From positions 32,001 through 96,000 of the IMG/VR virus record IMGVR_UViG_3300008267_000003: 64,000 nucleotides of DNA, one strand, 5' to 3'. Positions 59,336-64,000 of the stretch are shown here, piece by piece (the stretch's first letter is position 1; every line of letters starts with the position of its first letter). Under the pieces are notes generated by a model. It saw nothing but the letters and a program-made list of their open reading frames with translations. It searched no databases and was not told the DNA's origin. Source of the stretch: a virus. Position numbers and translations under genes: made by a program.

Positions 59336-59824
59336 ATGAAAAAATTACTTTTTATTTTAATGTTGTTACCATCCATTGCAAGTGCTTGTGACAGTTACGT
59401 TATTGGATTCAAAGGCATTAACAATGTATTTGATGATAACGCTTTTAGACAGTATGCAATGAAGTATAAAGCATGTTCATTAGCTTACAGTTGGAATCAA
59501 GTGCATACAGCTGTTAAATTTATTAACAGTACTAAGAAGAAGTATCAGCTGTATGGATTCAGTAAGGGCGCAGAAAGTATAGGACAGGTTTTAAAACAAG
59601 TTAAACGCAAACCATACCACGTAGTAACAATTGGTGCTTACCATACTGCGAATGTTAACTATAGAGTGTACGGTGTGTCAACGCAGAACTATTTTGACGG
59701 CTCGGGAAGTAGGAACAGGTCCCCGGGCACTCATATAAGAGGAGTAGATCACGAAGACATGCAAAGACACGTTAATAGTTACTATTTTGGTATCAAACAA
59801 TGCCAGCGGAGAAAGGGCTGTTGA
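59336..59824 (+). CDS. Secreted small alpha/beta-hydrolase-like protein
   Basis: AAGGA RBS, signal peptide MKKLLFILMLLPSIASA, 'YGFSKGA' GxSxG motif. Confidence 0.6.
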   Translation: MKKLLFILMLLPSIASACDSYVIGFKGINNVFDDNAFRQYAMKYKACSLAYSWNQVHTAVKFINSTKKKYQLYGFSKGAESIGQVLKQVKRKPYHVVTIGAYHTANVNYRVYGVSTQNYFDGSGSRNRSPGTHIRGVDHEDMQRHVNSYYFGIKQCQRRKGC

Positions 59825-59849
59825 CTTATTTTTGTGCTTGAGAGATAAT
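59821..59849 (+). promoter_or_regulatory. sigma70-type promoter
   Basis: TTGACT-17 nt-GATAAT. Confidence 0.7.
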
Positions 59850-59880
59850 ACATTTGTAACCATTGATAAAGGATAACATT

Positions 59881-60303
59881 ATGAAATTAGCTGCCGGTAA
59901 GTATGTGATTGCAGACCCCTGCTACATCCTCAATGAGGAAGTGTACTTCAGACTGCTGAAAGAAACCAACTACTTCATGTACGAAGCTGTTGAACGTGGT
60001 GGTGTAATGTCAGACAGTGAGACGGGAAAGTTCTTTGCTGTATTCAGTACCAAGTATGGTGATGGCACATACAGGGATGGTAAGGGATTCAAGTATGGTG
60101 TAGATGCAGGTTGCATTGCATGTATCCCTGCTGAGATGTGTGATCTGAAAGAAGACCGTGAGTACATCAACGAAGTAACTTTTGCTAGAGACTTCGAGGT
60201 ACGGTACGAGGATGGTTTGATTATATTTGGAGATGTAATTATTAATACTGATCCAGATGATTTTTATGATGATGAGGAAGAAAGCTACGAAGATGTAGCG
60301 TAA
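59881..60303 (+). CDS. Conserved phage hypothetical protein
   Basis: AAGGA RBS; 'YVIADPCY', 'TKYGDGTY', 'VDAGCI'. Confidence 0.7.
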   Translation: MKLAAGKYVIADPCYILNEEVYFRLLKETNYFMYEAVERGGVMSDSETGKFFAVFSTKYGDGTYRDGKGFKYGVDAGCIACIPAEMCDLKEDREYINEVTFARDFEVRYEDGLIIFGDVIINTDPDDFYDDEEESYEDVA

Positions 60304-60312
60304 GGTTTTAGT

Positions 60313-60387
60313 GCACCGTTCGTCTATCGGTTAGGACATTGCCCTTTCACGGCAGTAAGAGGAGTTCGATTCTCCTACGGTGTACCA
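60313..60387 (+). tRNA. tRNA-Glu(TTC)
   Basis: ctTTCac loop, CCA. Confidence 0.92.
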
Positions 60388-60506
60388 TTTGATATGCTGG
60401 TTGTAAGCCATGGGCCGCAAGCCTGAGTAACTATCACAATATCTGGTTATCTCGAGTAACTCCAGTGAGTCGATAGCAAATAGTGCAGCCAGCATTTCAA
60501 ATGGTA
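60383..60506 (+). ncRNA. Long-stem element H4
   Basis: 23-bp stem 60383-60405/60484-60506 (two U.G, one U.U) enclosing a branched interior. Confidence 0.55.
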
Positions 60507-60513
60507 ACATAAA

Positions 60514-60880
60514 GGTTTGGCAGGAGCAGAGTCCAGTGGGAAGGACGACTAGGGGCCTGTAAAAACAAAGTAGTGAAACAATGGTATATCAACCATCAAA
60601 GTAGCGAACAGCCCTTATAGTAAACGGAGTAGCGGGAGAGAGTGATGTCTCAATGTGTCTACACCGGCCAAAAGAATCCCGTAGTCCCGTCTACGTTATT
60701 AACGGGGGTGTATTGGCACTAACCAGAACGCCAGGGTGCATACGATCACGGACCTCAAAACTCACTGACATGAGTGATAGAAACATCGTAGGTGGGTATC
60801 ACACCTTGTTTAACCAAAAGTAAATGTGATGGACAGAGTAACTGCTCAGGAGGGGGCTTATGGGAATGAGTAGCCTTCCA
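60514..60880 (+). ncRNA. Unknown ~365-nt structured RNA, copy B
   Basis: Paralogue of 54604-54968; no ORF. Confidence 0.6.
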
Positions 60881-60887
60881 AGATTAT

Positions 60888-60964
60888 TGACCAGTAGCAC
60901 AGTTGGTAGTTGCATCTGACTGTTAATCAGAATGTCGGTGGTTCGAGCCCACCCTGGTCAGCCA
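60888..60964 (+). tRNA. tRNA-Asn(GTT)
   Basis: ctGTTaa loop, G73, CCA. Confidence 0.93.
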
Positions 60965-60980
60965 AATTAGAAAGGGTAGT

Positions 60981-61220
60981 ATGTGGGAAGTAATATTTAC
61001 GTTCTTAGCGTTATTCTTTACAGATATATTTTACACATACTATCTAAGATCAATACAGAATGAGCAGCCACTTGCATCTAGTATATGGGCTGTGATTGTA
61101 TTTGCTGTTGCCAGTGTAGCAGTAATCAACTATACTACTAATCACTGGCTTCTCATTCCTGCATGCCTAGGTGCTTTCTGTGGCACTTACGTAGGTATGA
61201 TTCTGAGGAGAAAGAAATAA
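60981..61220 (+). CDS. Small multi-pass membrane protein
   Basis: Three hydrophobic segments, basic C-terminus. Confidence 0.65.
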   Translation: MWEVIFTFLALFFTDIFYTYYLRSIQNEQPLASSIWAVIVFAVASVAVINYTTNHWLLIPACLGAFCGTYVGMILRRKK

Positions 61221-61295
61221 GGTTCCAAAGTGTTCATGGACGCACACGACACTGTCACTGTCGAAGAAGGGGATCGTTACCCCTTGGGACCGCCA
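61221..61295 (+). tRNA. tRNA-Asp(GTC)
   Basis: ctGTCac loop, G73, CCA. Confidence 0.88.
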
Positions 61296-61331
61296 TCATA
61301 TATACATTATTGTTAACTTCCAAAGGTAATA

Positions 61332-62120
61332 ATGAAAGCACTAATACTTTCCTTTGCGTTGCTGTTCAGTACCAACGTCCTGTCAGCAACCCAGTACGTA
61401 TATAACTATTCAAAAAATGAAATTGTGATAGATGAAGGTTCAGATAAGGTAAGACCCATTGCAAGTGTTACAAAGTTGATGACTGCTATTGTAATCCTTG
61501 AAAGTGAAGTTAGCCTAGATGAAAAAGTTCCTTATAAAGGATTCAAGAACATTCCATCCAAGCAAAGAACAAGAGACGAGTTGTTAGCTCTCCTGCTGAT
61601 TAAGAGTGACAACAACGCTGCAGAAGCTCTTGCAAGAAGTTTTCCAGGTGGTAGAGATCATTTTATTGATATGATGAATGTAACATCCAAGTTCCTGGGC
61701 ATGGAGTATACTACGTATGATGATCCTTCTGGTCTTAGTCCTAGAAATCAAAGTACTGCAAAAGATCTTACAAAGCTGTTGCATTATGCTTCGACCTACC
61801 CTAAAATCAAACAGATTGCTTCTATGACTAGCTTCATGTTGGTAGAACCTTCTGTAAAGAAGGCAACAGCAAAGAAGAAGAAAAAGAAAGCAAGAACATT
61901 CAGTAGTTATAGAGTGATTACAGTAAACAATACTAACTTTCATCTACTGAATGAATACGAAGAGATTGAGATCTCCAAGACTGGATACACCAATCCAGCT
62001 GGTAAGTGCTTAACAATGTTTGTTACTAAGAATGGTGAGCATTTTGCAGTTGTTATTCTTGGTGAGCGTAATATGAGAGATGTAGAAAAAGTATCAAGAA
62101 AGATTTTAGATAATCTGTAG
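61332..62120 (+). CDS. D-alanyl-D-alanine carboxypeptidase/endopeptidase (peptidase S11, PBP7-like)
   Basis: Signal peptide; SxxK 'ASVTKL', 'SDN', 'KTG'. Confidence 0.88.
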   Translation: MKALILSFALLFSTNVLSATQYVYNYSKNEIVIDEGSDKVRPIASVTKLMTAIVILESEVSLDEKVPYKGFKNIPSKQRTRDELLALLLIKSDNNAAEALARSFPGGRDHFIDMMNVTSKFLGMEYTTYDDPSGLSPRNQSTAKDLTKLLHYASTYPKIKQIASMTSFMLVEPSVKKATAKKKKKKARTFSSYRVITVNNTNFHLLNEYEEIEISKTGYTNPAGKCLTMFVTKNGEHFAVVILGERNMRDVEKVSRKILDNL

Positions 62121-62193
62121 CCCTTTTAGTTAAATGGTATAACACTTGATTTGTAATCATGGATTGGCAGTTCGATTCTGTCAAGGGGCACCA
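62120..62193 (+). tRNA. tRNA-Thr(TGT)
   Basis: ttTGTaa loop, CCA. Confidence 0.9.
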
Positions 62194-62194
62194 T

Positions 62195-62271
62195 CTGAGT
62201 GTAGTTCAGCCTGGTAGAATGCCTGCTTTGGGAGCAGGAGGTCGGGAGTTCGATCCTCTCCACTCAGACCA
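62195..62271 (+). tRNA. tRNA-Pro(TGG)
   Basis: ttTGGga loop, CCA. Confidence 0.93.
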
Positions 62272-62280
62272 ATTATAGGA

Positions 62281-62649
62281 ATGGTTATGACTAAATTATT
62301 TGGTAAAGTTGATAAGGGTTGGGGCCATGAACTTATATGGGCATCGACCGATCAGTATTGCTGCAAGTTTTTAAACTTTGATAGACCAGCAGCAAAGACA
62401 TCAATGCATTATCATGAACATAAAGATGAACAGTGGTATGTTCAGAGTGGTAGGTTTCAGGTCGACTGGATTAATCTAGAAGATGGTTCGACAAAGTTTT
62501 GTAATCTTGAGGTAGGAGATACATGGCATAATTATGCTGGTACACCTCATAGGTTAGTTTGTATTGAACCTGGAACAGTAGTCGAAGTGAGCACTGCTGA
62601 TAGTGTTGAGGACAACTACAGGATTATTCCTGGCGATAGCCAGAAATAA
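62281..62649 (+). CDS. Cupin (mannose-6-phosphate isomerase-like) protein
   Basis: 'KGWGHELIW', 'SMHYHEHKDE', 'PHRL', 'EVST..DNYRI.PGDSQ'. Confidence 0.8.
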   Translation: MVMTKLFGKVDKGWGHELIWASTDQYCCKFLNFDRPAAKTSMHYHEHKDEQWYVQSGRFQVDWINLEDGSTKFCNLEVGDTWHNYAGTPHRLVCIEPGTVVEVSTADSVEDNYRIIPGDSQK

Positions 62650-62658
62650 TAAACAAAT

Positions 62659-62740
62659 GCGCATGTGGTGAAATGGTAGACACGCTAGTCTTAGGAACTA
62701 GTCTTTCGGGGTGGGGGTTCGAGTCCCTCCATGCGCACCA
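62659..62740 (+). tRNA. tRNA-Leu(TAG)
   Basis: ctTAGga loop, V-arm, CCA. Confidence 0.93.
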
Positions 62741-62790
62741 CACACTCGCGTTTGTTGACCGCGTATAATAGGATAAGTTGTCAACATCTA

Positions 62791-62864
62791 GCCTCGTTAG
62801 TTTAATGGTAGAACTCCATCCTTACACGGTGGTTACGGTGGTTCGATTCCATCACGAGGCACCA
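62791..62864 (+). tRNA. tRNA-Val(TAC)
   Basis: ctTACac loop, CCA. Confidence 0.9.
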
Positions 62865-62871
62865 AATTAAA

Positions 62872-62957
62872 GCCCGGGTGGTGGAATGGTAGACACAGCA
62901 GACTTAAAATCTGCCGCTTGAAAGGGCGTACCGGTTCGAGTCCGGTTCTGGGTACCA
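62872..62957 (+). tRNA. tRNA-Leu(TAA)
   Basis: ctTAAaa loop, V-arm, CCA. Confidence 0.92.
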
Positions 62958-62969
62958 ATAGGAGATGAT

Positions 62970-63170
62970 ATGAGTATAGTGCTTCGAAGAGATCAGATAG
63001 AAAAACTAATTGACATTTATAATCACTTTCATGAGATACAATCGTTTACTATCTCTCTGGATGATAATTCTGATATGATATCAATCAACTTCGATATTAA
63101 CGATGTTAAAGCAGATTACAAACCAAGTGAAAAGTTTGATAAACCCTTCAAGCCTATGGTGTTTAAATGA
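62970..63170 (+). CDS. Hypothetical protein
   Basis: AGGAG RBS. Confidence 0.6.
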   Translation: MSIVLRRDQIEKLIDIYNHFHEIQSFTISLDDNSDMISINFDINDVKADYKPSEKFDKPFKPMVFK

Positions 63171-63367
63171 AAATAGAACTCAGTGATGATACAGTCAATC
63201 GTCTCATATGGGATGTTCTATATGAAGACCTCAAAATTTTTAGAGTAGACTTGAATCGACTGGATAGTATGTCTATACTCAATGAAGCAGATCGTAGAGA
63301 TTACAAAGACTACCTAAGATATATCAACGCTCTTGAAACTCTTTTAGAGTATTATAGCGTTAAATAA
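63167..63367 (+). CDS. Hypothetical protein
   Basis: ATGA overlap with the upstream gene. Confidence 0.6.
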   Translation: MKIELSDDTVNRLIWDVLYEDLKIFRVDLNRLDSMSILNEADRRDYKDYLRYINALETLLEYYSVK

Positions 63368-63371
63368 ACAC

Positions 63372-63446
63372 CTGGCGTTCGTTCAACGGATAGGACAGGA
63401 GTCTTCTAAACTCTTAATGGGGGTTCGATTCCCTCACGCCGGACCA
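63372..63446 (+). tRNA. tRNA-Arg(TCT)
   Basis: ctTCTaa loop, CCA. Confidence 0.92.
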
Positions 63447-63452
63447 ATCAAT

Positions 63453-63526
63453 GCGGGATTAGTTTAATGGTAAAACAGCAGATTTCCAATCTTCGGTTAT
63501 CAGTTCGATTCTGATATCCCGCTCCA
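63453..63526 (+). tRNA. tRNA-Gly(TCC)
   Basis: ttTCCaa loop, U73, CCA. Confidence 0.9.
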
Positions 63527-63535
63527 AACAAAAAA

Positions 63536-63712
63536 ATGGATCTTAATTCTAAGTTAGAGAATAAAGCAGAAGAGCTAGACAACCAGGTGATGTATTCACC
63601 ACAAGGGTTGTCTAAACTTTTATTAGAAGCATTGAATCGTATTCAACAACTCGAGTCTGAAATTGAAGTACTGAAAGAAGAAAATGCAAAACTTAATTCT
63701 AACTTTAGATAA
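63536..63712 (+). CDS. 58-aa coiled-coil hypothetical protein
   Basis: MDLNSKLENKAEEL...LLLEALNRIQQLESEIEVLKEEN. Confidence 0.5.
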   Translation: MDLNSKLENKAEELDNQVMYSPQGLSKLLLEALNRIQQLESEIEVLKEENAKLNSNFR

Positions 63713-64000
63713 TAGTGGACTTCCAAACAATTGGACTACATGGCAAGATGCCGTAGTATTGAAATGTAAAGGACTCATCGCATGGGAGTTTGGTGATGAG
63801 GAGTTTATGTTCAGAGGTGGAATATCTCGTATGACAGGAGAGCAATCTACTGTGGAGGTATCGTCAATCATTGCTCTCAAATCAAAGTTCAAGTACAAAG
63901 GTAGATCACCTGCATTCTCCAATCGTAATTTGTTTAGACGTGATTTACATACCTGTGCTTATTGTGGTAAAAGTTCTGGTGACCATGAACTAACTAAAGA
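63684..64000 (+). CDS. HNH endonuclease, 3'-truncated
   Basis: MQNLILTLDNSGLP...'SNRNLFRRDLHTCAYCG...ELTK' runs off the window. Confidence 0.8.
   Translation, partial: MQNLILTLDNSGLPNNWTTWQDAVVLKCKGLIAWEFGDEEFMFRGGISRMTGEQSTVEVSSIIALKSKFKYKGRSPAFSNRNLFRRDLHTCAYCGKSSGDHELTK

Noticed and set aside
54285-60506. H1-H4 as MITE-like DNA transposons or retron msr/msd
   Set aside because: Arms differ mostly by G.U-compatible changes; no target-site duplications, transposase or RT were seen. Not fully excluded.
54604-60880. RNase P RNA or tmRNA identity for the two ~360-nt RNAs
   Set aside because: Size fits and GAGCAGAGTCC / CAAGAATCCGG loosely recall RNase P conserved regions, but order and pairing do not match P4. 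There is no tmRNA Ala acceptor/T-arm CCA end or tag ORF.
62755-62769. TTGACC...TATAAT promoter
   Set aside because: Only 3 nt separate the hexamers; the sequence is better explained as RNA structure.
1-64000. Stop-codon reassignment
   Set aside because: Core genes are full-length in code 11, TAA/TAG/TGA all end genes, and no suppressor tRNA was seen.

Overview
This 64 kb window comes from an AT-rich T4-like myophage with cyanophage/freshwater-type gene order. Essentially all real genes are on the + strand and use the standard code. From left to right: (1) 1-10 kb, baseplate/tail-fibre proteins and three RCC1-repeat proteins. (2) 10-17 kb, a glycosylation island with several glycosyltransferases, a methyltransferase and ADP-heptose enzymes HldC/HldA/HldD. 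(3) 17-31 kb, more fibres, including three paralogues with 43-aa repeat propellers. (4) 31-45 kb, the conserved T4 morphogenesis block gp13-gp23 plus gp3. (5) 45-53 kb, uvsY, uvsW, gp55, gp47, gp46, peptide deformylase and queE-PRTase-queD. (6) 54-64 kb, an array of 24 CCA-encoding tRNA genes interspersed with small ORFs and structured non-coding DNA. The most unusual signals are in the tRNA region. First, directly upstream of the main array there is a sigma70 promoter, a 29-codon 'codon-sampler' leader peptide, overlapping antiterminator/terminator hairpins and a boxA, which looks like a translation-sensing attenuator. Second, there are two divergent paralogous ~360-nt structured RNAs with covarying, pseudoknotted helices. 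Third, a family of long-stem RNA elements starts exactly at CCA ends. Fourth, there is a non-canonical 95-nt tRNA with a UAU anticodon. All calls are from reading the sequence by eye; no database searches were run.
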